Positions 11,401 to 20,666 are shown, counted from the first letter of the stretch. The stretch is DNA of 64,000 nt from an uncultured Nitrospira sp. (GCA_964512025.1 CAZEHM010000009.1:3162-67161); one strand, 5' to 3'. Numbers and translations are program-made. Notes: generated from the sequence alone by a model not told the origin.

Positions 11401-12812
11401 GCCGCCGGAGTCGCCGTGTTCGTATTACAGGTTCCATTCGGCGCATGAATGGTGGTGTTTGCGCCAATACAATGCTGTCCGTGCTGGCCATGGGCATAAT
11501 CCCTCAGCCCGGCCGGGATATTCGTATCTTCTGTCGGCTCTCCGTCCGTGACGAGGATCACAAAGGTCTTACAGCAGGTCACCTGAGTAGACGTCGATGC
11601 CCAGGGCGGAGTGTGATTGCTGCCAAAAAAATACGGATCGCGACCGCAGGCGTTGGTGATATACCCGGCCGTACAAGTCTCAGTCCCGGTGAGAGCGGTA
11701 ATTTCCGACGCACCGATGGAGCCGACACCTGTTCCTCCAAACGCTACACCGTTGGAGTTCCCTCCTGAATATGCAATTGGGTAAACATAGGCGGTCGTGA
11801 GATACGTTGAGTTAATTTGTGCGATGTAGCGTGTTGTTTCATAGATAGACTCAGACAGTGGCGTCCAGGTCGAGGGGAACGACTCCTGAACAGCATCGAC
11901 CATCGCCGCCATATTGGTATTGAAGGTCTCTACCGTTGTCCCTGAGAAATCGATCGACTGGCGAGACCCGACCCCGACCAGCATGCGGGCGCCGTCTCCG
12001 GTCGGCTTAAACTCAAATAAACCGAATCGCGCCTGAGCCCCGATCTGTTGAATGACACCGGTCGGTTCAACGCTGTATCCGATCTTGAGTTCATATTTCC
12101 GCTGGCTATAGCCGTCTCCACAATTGGTATTGAATGAATTGTCGTTATCGATACAAAAATAGGCGGCATCGGTCCCGATATAGAGCGTCCCCGGGGTGCC
12201 TCCGTAATCAGCCGATGGCATTCTGCCGACATAGGTATTGGCCCCGGCACCGGCATTGTAATTGATCGATGCCATCTCGGTATTGATACCGTTCGCCTGA
12301 GCCCGGACAGTCTTCAGCGCGGGCGTACCATTTGTCGGGCAACTACCATCTGCTGCACGGGCCACAAAACAGTCCCCTCCCGTCATTGATTTCTTTAATG
12401 CGTCGAATCGTCTGAACGTCGCCCAATTTAAGAAATTCCCGTCCCACTGAGACGTCGTACAAGCCGTAGCCATCGCGGCCTTCGTTGCGCTGAATTCAAA
12501 CCGGGTATCCGTCGTATCGTAGGTGTAGCAGGTCAGAGAGTCGAAGTAGCCTGAGTACGTCGTCGTATTGGTAAACACCTGATCGGCGACATCGACGCAA
12601 TCTCCGTCGTCGTTCCGATCGCATGCAAGCCCGCTCATACTGCCGGAGTTATCGAGTACGAGGATAATGTTCGGAAGCACCTGGTCGCTGACAAACGGAG
12701 GGACCGCATAATACTGGTCCATCGTCTGAGCCGAGGCGATGTTCGGCCCTATGAGAGCACTAGCTAATGCGACGATGGCGGCTCCACGAAGTGCAAGATT
12801 CCGGCGTTTCAT
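8487..12812 (-). CDS. pilY1: Type IV pilus tip adhesin PilY1
   Basis: Signal peptide; vWA MIDAS DNSGS...TDGEPT; C-terminal propeller motifs LGDPIHS, VYVGANDGMLHAF, FFGTGRY; GGAGG RBS before ATG 12812. Confidence 0.93.
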   Translation of the reverse strand: MKRRNLALRGAAIVALASALIGPNIASAQTMDQYYAVPPFVSDQVLPNIILVLDNSGSMSGLACDRNDDGDCVDVADQVFTNTTTYSGYFDSLTCYTYDTTDTRFEFSATKAAMATACTTSQWDGNFLNWATFRRFDALKKSMTGGDCFVARAADGSCPTNGTPALKTVRAQANGINTEMASINYNAGAGANTYVGRMPSADYGGTPGTLYIGTDAAYFCIDNDNSFNTNCGDGYSQRKYELKIGYSVEPTGVIQQIGAQARFGLFEFKPTGDGARMLVGVGSRQSIDFSGTTVETFNTNMAAMVDAVQESFPSTWTPLSESIYETTRYIAQINSTYLTTAYVYPIAYSGGNSNGVAFGGTGVGSIGASEITALTGTETCTAGYITNACGRDPYFFGSNHTPPWASTSTQVTCCKTFVILVTDGEPTEDTNIPAGLRDYAHGQHGQHCIGANTTIHAPNGTCNTNTATPAATLLGEHKTDYANNGNHYLDDVAYWAHTNDLRPCSGTADGTIAVLGVTGHCLQGFQNVTFYTFFAFGNIAGRELLMHTAKLGGFEDTNGNNLPDLTSEWDKVINATGAPGTDGIPDNYFESSNVDDLQDRLMATITAIIRKSASGTSISVLATASTGEGSIYQAYFYTSDVGQGGASVKWTGYTHALFIDGFGNFREDTVQDGVLNYTQDRIITTRYDNNPLSPTYQKVLVDKFVDANGDGLADSTTPLLTSDLKSIVPIWEAGKELANATSASRRILTWTDANNNGIVDSGEQKDFNAANCAALRDYLRYVGDACSGSSNAMNLINFIRGDEVTGLRTRMIEVPVGSGTYKVWRLGDPIHSTPTIVGAPKARYDLNYGDSTYNAFYQQYRNRRQVVYVGANDGMLHAFNGGYYHKGDDSTTAGVTEHGWYTKNPTDNSSGPNLGSELWSFIPQELLPHLQWLARTDYTHVYYVDLKPTISEARIFTPDADHPGGWGTILIGGFRMGGSCGQCAAGSGAPPMTTTIGGVSRTFYSAYFVLDVTNPEDPAGPKLLWSFTDSGLGLTTSYPTVVRMNPDTDAVTSTVNEKWFAVFGSGPNGYQADLPAAPAQSASLYAVDLKFGPKVAAGGSLTTMPAGSFRSFMGHLVSIDKDLDWRTDVAYVGRTIHDGSLPWRGKMYRLTMKCPAAPCTPATWGIASGGNRVPTEIIDTFYDAPSGSTYEVGPIAAAPAVTIDDTNKVWVFFGTGRYFGNADKVDNSIQRLYGIKDSVLSAGCTETSITSCYNNDLVDVTNAVVCLICSGATNQVTDPTNAGVTSVNGSGTTSMMGLVQSKDGWRVTLPGPVTLAGVNYSAERSVVNPTLIAGTIFLPTFVPTNNFCASDGASYLYVLFYKTGTAATYPVVGTNTSGGNTNITTKVDLGVGLASSGSMHVGGEDGGGKICNQMSGGNAVCTNSALNDFYSKFVSWVHQRD

Positions 12813-12871
12813 GGCACCCTCCATTTTCATCCCCTGCGGCGTCCTGTCAGGCAATGTGATTTTCGAGGTTC

Positions 12872-13237
12872 TCATTCCGGCAAAATCAGCAACATCCAAT
12901 CGATCTTATCCGTCGTGCCTTTTTGGATGTGATACTTCACATCGATATCGACTCGCAGCGCCGTCGGCGGCAACGGATCCCCGTGCCGATCGACAAGCAC
13001 GGCTTCCGGCACAAGACTGACCGTCCGGCCATCGATCTGGAACGTCCTCTCATAGATCGAGGTCACTTTCCCTGACGGATAACTGGCGATGCCTCCAGGA
13101 AGCGACGACTCGTCGGCATGCACACCGTCAATTCCAGTACTAAGTGTTGCGCCAATCGCTAGAACCATCGCCATGCCGATGCCACTCCAGGAGCGAAGAA
13201 TTTGTGGCCGGTATGCGTTATGTCTCATCACCGTCAT
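12872..13237 (-). CDS. Small secreted protein, PilY2/DUF5666-like
   Basis: Signal peptide; GKVTSI..TFQIDGR beta pattern; lies between pilX and pilY1. Confidence 0.55.
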   Translation of the reverse strand: MTVMRHNAYRPQILRSWSGIGMAMVLAIGATLSTGIDGVHADESSLPGGIASYPSGKVTSIYERTFQIDGRTVSLVPEAVLVDRHGDPLPPTALRVDIDVKYHIQKGTTDKIDWMLLILPE

Positions 13238-13286
13238 GCCTCCTTCCCTATCTCTTGGTCCTCATTACTCATGCAACACCTACTAT

Positions 13287-13889
13287 CTATAATGACCGGC
13301 GCTGGCAGGTGTCTGACTGCATATACAAACAGTCAAAGACTGCAATCACATGACTGGTAGCGCCATTCGCAGCGTTGGCTGCCGTGCAATCGATCCGATA
13401 GAAAAAGTCCCTCGTGTTTTCATCGCTACCCGCGCGCGGCTTGGTGTAGAGAAAATCGATGTCGCCATTCACCACATAATTATTCACATTCATGACAATA
13501 TTCGGAGCATTTCCAGCTCCCACCGCCACATCCGGATTGTTCCGGTTGGTTCCAACGATCTCTTGATAGGTAATCACTTGATTCGCCGCTGGAACCGGGC
13601 CGGCTGGGGCCACATACATGGCAGGAAGGTTATTGGCGGAATCCACTGACCCTTGAATCACATTCACCGCCATGCCGACGCAAGCCTCTGCGGCATCAGT
13701 GCCTTCTTCCACCATTCTGATCGAACCGGCCATTGAATTTTCCATTCCCGTCATGGTGAGAGCCGCCACGCCGAGACTACCGGTCATGAGCATAATCACC
13801 ATCACGGTCATAAATGATGAGCCTCGCTGATTCAGACGCAGCAAGCCATCTCTTCCTTCTTGAACTTGGCCCCAATCAACCTGTCTCAT
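13287..13889 (-). CDS. pilX: Minor pilin PilX (set 1)
   Basis: QRG|SSFMT prepilin-like leader without Glu5; AAEA motif. Confidence 0.8.
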   Translation of the reverse strand: MRQVDWGQVQEGRDGLLRLNQRGSSFMTVMVIMLMTGSLGVAALTMTGMENSMAGSIRMVEEGTDAAEACVGMAVNVIQGSVDSANNLPAMYVAPAGPVPAANQVITYQEIVGTNRNNPDVAVGAGNAPNIVMNVNNYVVNGDIDFLYTKPRAGSDENTRDFFYRIDCTAANAANGATSHVIAVFDCLYMQSDTCQRRSL

Positions 13890-13891
13890 AG

Positions 13892-15121
13892 TTATGACCT
13901 CAGGTTTCGAAGTTCGACCGTGCGAGCCTGAACCCGCCTGCGAAACTGCAAATAGGTTTGCTGTTGGGCCGGGGTAGCGTTATCGCCAAGCGCAAAGACC
14001 CCGGTCGCATGATTGTGATCGCTCACGTTGGTAATGGCATTGTTGTTCGAGGTGGTGGTCACCCTGCCTTCGCCCATCCCCTGATCCAGTTGTGTTTGCC
14101 GGGCAACAATCGACACTTGGACCATACGGATTTTCGCCGGTGTCATAGTTGCTCCGAACGGGGCTGCCGTGCCGAACCAATTTCTATTCGTCACAAAATC
14201 GGGAGTGTCAAAAATATTATTCCCATTCAGATCATCGATCTGCCCGTCGGCATTCCCTGAATTGATGATGGGGCTACAGCCATCACAGGCATATTCCAAT
14301 TGAAGGTCCTCAACCCCATCCATAATGGGTACGCAATTCGCGTTGGCCTGATTACAATTCGGCGCTGTGCCTGGCAACACCAACGCGGCAGGGACCGCTC
14401 CACGAACGAGACAAGGTGCTGAACCTTGACAGAGATTCAGCGCGTCAGGCGGCGGAATCACTTGATAGGTAATGCACTGCACCAGATAGACCTGAGTTCC
14501 GGTACCAAACGCAGTCGGATCCTTGATGGCCGGATTTATGGTTAACCCGCCGACATTTGCCGCCTGGATGACGGATCCAGCCACACCACCCAGCGACACT
14601 ACATTTCCTGGCAACGCGAGAACTCCCCCGGGGATCGCGTTTCCCATTCCTGTGGTGGCATTCGCCGGCATCGGAATATTGGCAATGGGTACTTTCGGCC
14701 CTCCGATAGTCCCGGCTGGCGGCACGAACACCTGCCACAAGGGCCCCACCGCCGTGATCGAATTCGTCATCGGAACAACCATTGAAATGGAGTCCGGCCC
14801 GAAATCGGCACCGGCCGGATTATTGTCCACCGGCACGAGCGCAGACGGCGTCCCGTTGATATGGCAGCCGCCGACAGGCGTGGTAAGCCCCTGCATGCCG
14901 AAGCCGGCAAGTTTGAGATCTGCCGAAATCATATCCAGCGCATTCCGCGCTGTGGCTTGTGTGTTTCCAACCTGCCCACTGATCCTGGTGGTCTTCTGAC
15001 TGACGGTCAAGGCTCCGAAACCAGCTGCAAGTAGCGCCGTTGTCATCATGGTCGCGACCATGACCTCGGTCAGTGTAAATCCAGCCTGGGGCTGGTTCGG
15101 AACCTGCGCTTGTGTCGTCAT
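13892..15121 (-). CDS. pilW: Minor pilin PilW (set 1)
   Basis: G|FTLTE; DLKLAGF; GVEDLQLEY; C-terminal VELRN. Confidence 0.88.
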   Translation of the reverse strand: MTTQAQVPNQPQAGFTLTEVMVATMMTTALLAAGFGALTVSQKTTRISGQVGNTQATARNALDMISADLKLAGFGMQGLTTPVGGCHINGTPSALVPVDNNPAGADFGPDSISMVVPMTNSITAVGPLWQVFVPPAGTIGGPKVPIANIPMPANATTGMGNAIPGGVLALPGNVVSLGGVAGSVIQAANVGGLTINPAIKDPTAFGTGTQVYLVQCITYQVIPPPDALNLCQGSAPCLVRGAVPAALVLPGTAPNCNQANANCVPIMDGVEDLQLEYACDGCSPIINSGNADGQIDDLNGNNIFDTPDFVTNRNWFGTAAPFGATMTPAKIRMVQVSIVARQTQLDQGMGEGRVTTTSNNNAITNVSDHNHATGVFALGDNATPAQQQTYLQFRRRVQARTVELRNLRS

Positions 15122-15174
15122 ATCGTTCACCTCATCCCTCCCACACGACCTACCCGACCGGCGCAAAGATTATA

Positions 15175-15687
15175 TTATTCAGGCACAACGAGTGTTTGAA
15201 AGGCGACGGCTCTGGCCCGCTGTCCCGGGCCGCGATCGTTCCAATTCAGCCTGACAGTAACCTGCATTGCTCCGGATCCCGCCGGAGCCACAGGTGTCGA
15301 CGTCACCTGGCCAACCGCATTCACCAGGTTCGACCCCAAAATCCTTGCCCGCCACTGAGTACAATCACCCTGGACCGTCTGTGTTACCTGCGGCTTGGTG
15401 ATCGGCGGGATACCGAACGGCGGCGGGGCAGGCATTCCGCCGGCGAGGCAGTTGCCGACACCGGTTGTGTCGAGGTTGTTATACGCCCAGGCATACCGCC
15501 GGTTATTCTGAATCCGTTCCATCATGTCAGCTGCAATATTCGTTACAATAGATACATCGTTGGCATCCACGTTCTTACTGAAAGACACCCCCTGCATGGC
15601 TGCCATACCCATCACACCCACGCCGAGAATGGCCGCCGACACCAGCACTTCCACCAAAGTAAATCCGTTATCGCTTTCTGCTTTCAT
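15175..15687 (-). CDS. pilV: Minor pilin PilV (set 1)
   Basis: G|FTLVE; DMMERI; VTVRLNW. Confidence 0.88.
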   Translation of the reverse strand: MKAESDNGFTLVEVLVSAAILGVGVMGMAAMQGVSFSKNVDANDVSIVTNIAADMMERIQNNRRYAWAYNNLDTTGVGNCLAGGMPAPPPFGIPPITKPQVTQTVQGDCTQWRARILGSNLVNAVGQVTSTPVAPAGSGAMQVTVRLNWNDRGPGQRARAVAFQTLVVPE

Positions 15688-15709
15688 GACTTGTCCACCT
15701 TTTTCGAGA

Positions 15710-16225
15710 TCATGATGCGACATTCAGCACACAGGGATTGATGGCCTGCCGACACCAGGTTACCTTCCCTGAAGGTGCGAGCGAGATCGTATAGATCAGG
15801 CTGGGATCGCGCAGGCTTTGTATTTGAATGGTTTGCGAGGCCAATGGGGTCGTGCTTAATCCCCGGGGCGTGAATCCGATCGGGTTCACAGGAAGAGGGA
15901 GCACCAATTTTACTCTCGGAGGAAATACCTCCACACCAAGAGGAGCCGTAAACGTCACTTGATCTTGGCCCAATGGAATGTTGACTGGTGTGGCTACAAT
16001 CATGGCGTTTCGACTGAGTGCTGCTGAGCGAGCAAACATGAGCTTGTTATAGAGAGTCGTAGTTGTTTGATAGAGTTCGTATTTGGCATACATTAATGTA
16101 AGATTTGGAACGGCCAATGCCGCCGCGACCCCAACAATAGCGACCACAACCATGATTTCAAGAAGCGTAAATCCGCCTTCTTGAAACCGAATCTTGCTCA
16201 GCCCTTTAGATCTAGAGTGCGTCAT
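15710..16225 (-). CDS. fimT: Minor pilin FimT/FimU (GspH-like; set 1)
   Basis: G|FTLLE; ARSAALSR; IGFTPRG. Confidence 0.8.
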   Translation of the reverse strand: MTHSRSKGLSKIRFQEGGFTLLEIMVVVAIVGVAAALAVPNLTLMYAKYELYQTTTTLYNKLMFARSAALSRNAMIVATPVNIPLGQDQVTFTAPLGVEVFPPRVKLVLPLPVNPIGFTPRGLSTTPLASQTIQIQSLRDPSLIYTISLAPSGKVTWCRQAINPCVLNVAS

Positions 16226-16239
16226 GGCACCCTCAACCG

Positions 16240-16255
16240 AGCAAGGGGCATGCCG
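16240..16255 (-). promoter_or_regulatory. Sigma54-type -24/-12 promoter candidate for pilin set 1
   Basis: Minus strand CGGCATGCCCCTTGCT fits GG-N10-GC (consensus TGGCACGNNNNTTGCW). Confidence 0.55.
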
Positions 16256-16280
16256 TTGACCACCCCCTCTCCTCAACGCG

Positions 16281-16293
16281 TAACTACTTGTTT
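16281..16293 (-). promoter_or_regulatory. IHF-site candidate
   Basis: Minus strand AAACAAGTAGTTA versus WATCAANNNNTTR (1 mismatch), between the sigma54 motif and an upstream palindrome. Confidence 0.4.
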
Positions 16294-16584
16294 TCTCAAT
16301 GCTCGTCTAGAACGACATCCGTCCAATGGTGGCCGATTTTCGCGCAGTAGGCCGACAAAATTTGGCGAGCCCTCCGCACAATCTCGCACTGCCATCCACA
16401 ACCCTCCCATATCACTTGAGCCAAGGAGGGTCATGTAGCCATCGAATGGCTCACTATTTATGGTGAATGAAGAAGAGGATAGGCAGGTTAAACAGATCGC
16501 AAGGAGCAAGCACGTTCTATGAAAGCACGCGTCAAAACAAACTGATCTTCGGCACTAGTCTCGCGAGAAAATCTAAGGCGCTTT

Positions 16585-18396
16585 CTATTTGACTGCCACG
16601 GCACGGACTTGCCGATATGTCGTTACGCCTTCCACGATCTTCTGAATTCCGTGTTGGAGAAGCGTTACCATGCCTTCACGCCTCGCAACACCGGCCATCT
16701 CCGCCGTCTTAGCCCGGGACTGGATGCATCGCTTCATCTCATCGGATCCGACGAGCAATTCATGCAACGCCATCCGCCCCTTGAACCCGCTCTGATTGCA
16801 GTGCTCACACCCGCGCGCTCGAAAAAAAGTGAGACCGGATACATACGTGACTCCGATTCGTTCCCAATCGTCCGCTCCGTACGCTTGAACCAGCTCATCA
16901 AATTCCCGCCGATCCGGATGGTAGGCTTCTTTACAATGCGAGCAGAGACGCTTGCACAATCGTTGAGCTAGCACGCCCAACATCGCATCGGAAAAATTAA
17001 AAGCATCACAGCCCATGTCCAACAACCTCGTTACGGTCTCGACAGCACTGTTGGTATGCAACGTACTCATAACCAAATGGCCCGTGAGTGACGCTTCAAT
17101 GGCGATGTCCGCCGTTTCTTTGTCGCGCATCTCGCCGATCATGATCACATCCGGATCGGCTCTTAAAAAAGCACGCATGGCCACTGCAAAGGTAAAACCG
17201 ATCTTGGAATGTACCTGCACTTGACGAAGGCCCTCCTGCGTCAGTTCGATTGGATCCTCCGCCGTCACGATCTTGCGCTCATCGGTATTCACCTGCTTCA
17301 GCACGGCATGCAACGTCGTCGTCTTTCCTGACCCGGTCGGACCCACACAGAGAAAAATCCCTTGAGGCCGCTCAGCCAAATCCTTCACTATTTGCAAAAC
17401 TCCCGGCAAAAACTCCATAGCCTCCAACGGCATAGGCGTTTTCGCCGTTAACAGCCGCAAGGTCACATCCTCGTTTTCGCCAGCCGTCGGAAGCGTCGCT
17501 ACTCGCAGTTCAAGATCCCGATCTTTGGCCAGCCGATAACGAATCTTGCCATCCTGCGGCTTGCGGCGCTCCGCGATATCCAGATTGGCCATGATCTTGA
17601 TGCGTGACACCACGGCACGCCGATAGCCGGAGGGAATACGCATGTAGGGAAAACAGGTGCCATCAACACGGAACCGTACCGCCGTGTCCCGTCCGGACGA
17701 ATAGGGCTCAATATGAATATCGGAGGCCCCCAGCCGGTCCGCCTCGGCAATCAAATGGTTGGCCAACCGCACAATCGCGGAATCGTGCTCTGTAATCTGC
17801 GCTTCTTTGCCTTCCGCCTCGCTCCGGACCTCCTGGACGAGTTCGCCGAGAATATCGGCGATCGCGCCTCGAGCCGACTGCTCCGTGCAGGCAAGCAACC
17901 ACTGTTCAATATCACGCCGCAGGGCAACCGCCACCCGAACGGTCATTCGGGGAAATGCCCGCTGTATATCCAGGTCCTTATCAAGATCGTGCGGATCCGC
18001 CCGAAGAATCTCCACCACCGTTTCTTGTCGTGCAATCGGCAGCCACGCGTTCTTCCGAAGATATTCGACACGCAGATTTTTCAGAAGAGTCCCATCGACG
18101 ATCACCCGCGCATCGTACGCCACAAAGGGACAGCCAAAATACTCACTCAGCACTGCGCCAACATCCGATTTCGCAACGTGATAGGTGTCAAGAAGGAGTC
18201 CCTCCAGATCGGCGTCTCGCTTTCGCACGGCCTCAAACGCCTGCTCCATCTCCTCCTGACTGAGCACGCCACGCATCAGGAGCATTTGAAGCAGCCGACG
18301 TTCCCGCTCCACCCCGGCAGGCAAAACCTTGCGGAGGGAACTTTCATATTTCGCCGGCTGGTTTACACTGATCGGATTGATGCCGAGATCTTGCAT
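16585..18396 (-). CDS. pilB: PilB/GspE-family extension ATPase
   Basis: GPTGSGKTT, AEDPIE, RADPDVIMIGE, TGHLVMSTLH, Zn motif CSHC...CEHC. Confidence 0.88.
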   Translation of the reverse strand: MQDLGINPISVNQPAKYESSLRKVLPAGVERERRLLQMLLMRGVLSQEEMEQAFEAVRKRDADLEGLLLDTYHVAKSDVGAVLSEYFGCPFVAYDARVIVDGTLLKNLRVEYLRKNAWLPIARQETVVEILRADPHDLDKDLDIQRAFPRMTVRVAVALRRDIEQWLLACTEQSARGAIADILGELVQEVRSEAEGKEAQITEHDSAIVRLANHLIAEADRLGASDIHIEPYSSGRDTAVRFRVDGTCFPYMRIPSGYRRAVVSRIKIMANLDIAERRKPQDGKIRYRLAKDRDLELRVATLPTAGENEDVTLRLLTAKTPMPLEAMEFLPGVLQIVKDLAERPQGIFLCVGPTGSGKTTTLHAVLKQVNTDERKIVTAEDPIELTQEGLRQVQVHSKIGFTFAVAMRAFLRADPDVIMIGEMRDKETADIAIEASLTGHLVMSTLHTNSAVETVTRLLDMGCDAFNFSDAMLGVLAQRLCKRLCSHCKEAYHPDRREFDELVQAYGADDWERIGVTYVSGLTFFRARGCEHCNQSGFKGRMALHELLVGSDEMKRCIQSRAKTAEMAGVARREGMVTLLQHGIQKIVEGVTTYRQVRAVAVK

Positions 18397-18422
18397 CGTC
18401 TATCCCTCTCTGCCGACATTCG

Positions 18423-19895
18423 TCATTCGTATCGGACCATCCATGTGCCGGGCGCCCGCACGACAACCGGAATCCCACGAAACAGCCCTCTGCCCATTTC
18501 ATGGTCGTACCACACCTCCATCGTCGTTCCGGGACTGGCCGAGGTAATCGCACCTTCGGCTGCAACGGCGCCAAATACTCGCGTGGGTCGATCGATCGTA
18601 ATATTCCCAGTCGCGTAGAGCACCCCGTTCAAATGAATATCCGAGAGTTGGACTAAAGTCCGGCTCACTGCCGTCTCGGTCCCTCCTGAAGGAGGGCTCA
18701 ATACCGACAGGGGTTGTCCGGATGCAGAAGGACTCAGAATGACATGGCCCTGAACGACAAGAACCGCTTCAAGATAAGCCGCATTTAAGTGGAGCACACC
18801 AAGGTTGTCAGATCGAGGCGCCGTGCCATCCAGCGTGTCGATGAAAATAAGCCCACGGGTATCACCTGCCGTTCGAGAGCGAAGATATTCATTTGGCATC
18901 ACTCCGCGACCCGGCTCTACCGACCCGCTCGGATAGAGCAAGCCATCCCGGTCGATCCTCAGATAGGTGCCGTAGCGCATGGCGAGTTGCTTTAACTGCT
19001 CATACCCCCAATGATCTCTCCGCACCCCAGGGGCCGGATTCCGATTAGGGTGCACATTGAGAGGCAATACTGGCTCACCGCTCTGGCCCGTGGAGAGCTG
19101 CACAAAATGAACCCCGCCTCCCGTCCAGATCGACAGCCAGCGGTCATCCCGATGAGGCATATCACGATAACTCTGGCCCGTGACCGGTGCACTGTCACTC
19201 TGCAAGGGAATATCCTCCACCCTTTGCATAATCAGGTCACCACTAACCGCCAGATCTCCCCAATGCACGAGCGCGCCAGACTCCGGGGCGATCTGAAGCA
19301 AGCCAAGATTCGCTCCCGTCTGAACTGCTGCCCGCAGTGCAGGAAGTTCCGGCGCACCCAATTGCATCGAAACCGCATGCCTCGCGGAGGACTGCACTGT
19401 CGAGACGGTTGCCTCCACCGTACAAAGCAGCCCGGGTGTGCCCGGCGCATAGACCTTCAGCTCTTGTACTGAGCCCAAATCCTGTAGAGACCGAAGAGAC
19501 CCCATGCCTGAATCGTTCAATAACTGCTGATCTGCACTCCGTGAGGCATCAAGGAATACGTCGGGACGATCAACGGTCCCGACAAATTGAGACCGCCCTA
19601 TCTGATCAAAAAAAGAGGGACTTCCGGTCGATGAGAATTGACGTTTCGTCAGGACCGTTCCCATGTCCGACGGACTGGCTTGCGGACTGTGAAACCAGCC
19701 GATGACCATATCCTGCGCCGCATCGGCGACGGCTTGCGCCACGGCCACATCCGTTGCACCGGCGGCGCTGGACGCTTCCTGCCCAGCCAAATCGAGCAGC
19801 GCAGCACCCAACAGAGCCAGAATCAGGGCAAGGATCACGACGCCGAGCAGTGCGATACCCTGTTCATGAGACTCTCGTATTCGATCTGTCCCCAT
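18423..19895 (-). CDS. Large PilX-like minor pilin with probable beta-solenoid domain (set 2)
   Basis: EQG|IALLG leader without Glu5; about 490 aa; repeated short strands VLVVQGHVIL, LNGVLYATGNITI, VFGAVAAEG. Confidence 0.7.
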   Translation of the reverse strand: MGTDRIRESHEQGIALLGVVILALILALLGAALLDLAGQEASSAAGATDVAVAQAVADAAQDMVIGWFHSPQASPSDMGTVLTKRQFSSTGSPSFFDQIGRSQFVGTVDRPDVFLDASRSADQQLLNDSGMGSLRSLQDLGSVQELKVYAPGTPGLLCTVEATVSTVQSSARHAVSMQLGAPELPALRAAVQTGANLGLLQIAPESGALVHWGDLAVSGDLIMQRVEDIPLQSDSAPVTGQSYRDMPHRDDRWLSIWTGGGVHFVQLSTGQSGEPVLPLNVHPNRNPAPGVRRDHWGYEQLKQLAMRYGTYLRIDRDGLLYPSGSVEPGRGVMPNEYLRSRTAGDTRGLIFIDTLDGTAPRSDNLGVLHLNAAYLEAVLVVQGHVILSPSASGQPLSVLSPPSGGTETAVSRTLVQLSDIHLNGVLYATGNITIDRPTRVFGAVAAEGAITSASPGTTMEVWYDHEMGRGLFRGIPVVVRAPGTWMVRYE

Positions 19896-19925
19896 GATAG
19901 TACCCTCCTCCTTTCGCATAAGGGG

Positions 19926-20666
19926 CTAGGAACGCACACCGACTTCGCGAATCGTTGTCCGCTCCCCGTCAACCGGCAAGAGGTCAAGAACAACACGGGT
20001 AATGCGACCTATCCCTGCCGCAGTCTGGCCCCACTCGTCCCAGTACGAAAACCGCACCGATTGCAGGTTGTCGATCAGAGCTCCGGCGCCTCCATCGATC
20101 TGCCGCATTAGCTGTATACGATTTCCATCATTCATCCTGGCATAGTAGGTCACTCTATTCTGGACCTCTATCGAGGCACCGGCCGGATAGAATCCCCTGA
20201 CCGGGCTGCTTAGCTGCAGCTGACTACGCTGGCCTGGACTCCCCAGTCGGTGCGACTCACACCCGCTCGATCCGCAAAGCACCACCGGTTTTCCTGCTTC
20301 CCAGCCGCTGCCGCTCTGAACCGGCAAGACGGTTTGACCGGCTGAAACACCCCCGGTTGTAACCGTCCGAAAGGCGTGAACGTTCGCAAGAAACTCAAGC
20401 CGATCAGGCATGGCAGTGACGATGGTGGATGATGAGGCCATTCGTACTTCCTGTTCAAAGACTTCCAACCCTAACCGCACCTCTTGCTGCATTGCCATGG
20501 TACGTTGTTGCCGGACCGCTTGTGACTGTGTGAGATTGAGTGCCTCCATGCTTCCGGCCAAAACCAGCGTTCCAATCGCCATGGCCACCATTAATTCTGA
20601 CAAACACATCCCGGACTGCTGAGTCAGAGACGCCCGCCGCATATAACCTGGACTGGTTCTACTCAT
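19926..20666 (-). CDS. PilW-like minor pilin (set 2)
   Basis: QSG|MCLSE; EQEVRMA; ATGA overlap with the upstream gene. Confidence 0.75.
   Translation of the reverse strand: MSRTSPGYMRRASLTQQSGMCLSELMVAMAIGTLVLAGSMEALNLTQSQAVRQQRTMAMQQEVRLGLEVFEQEVRMASSSTIVTAMPDRLEFLANVHAFRTVTTGGVSAGQTVLPVQSGSGWEAGKPVVLCGSSGCESHRLGSPGQRSQLQLSSPVRGFYPAGASIEVQNRVTYYARMNDGNRIQLMRQIDGGAGALIDNLQSVRFSYWDEWGQTAAGIGRITRVVLDLLPVDGERTTIREVGVRS

Noticed and set aside
16273..16509. 78-aa ORF upstream of fimT
   Set aside because: No features; the region is better explained as regulatory DNA.
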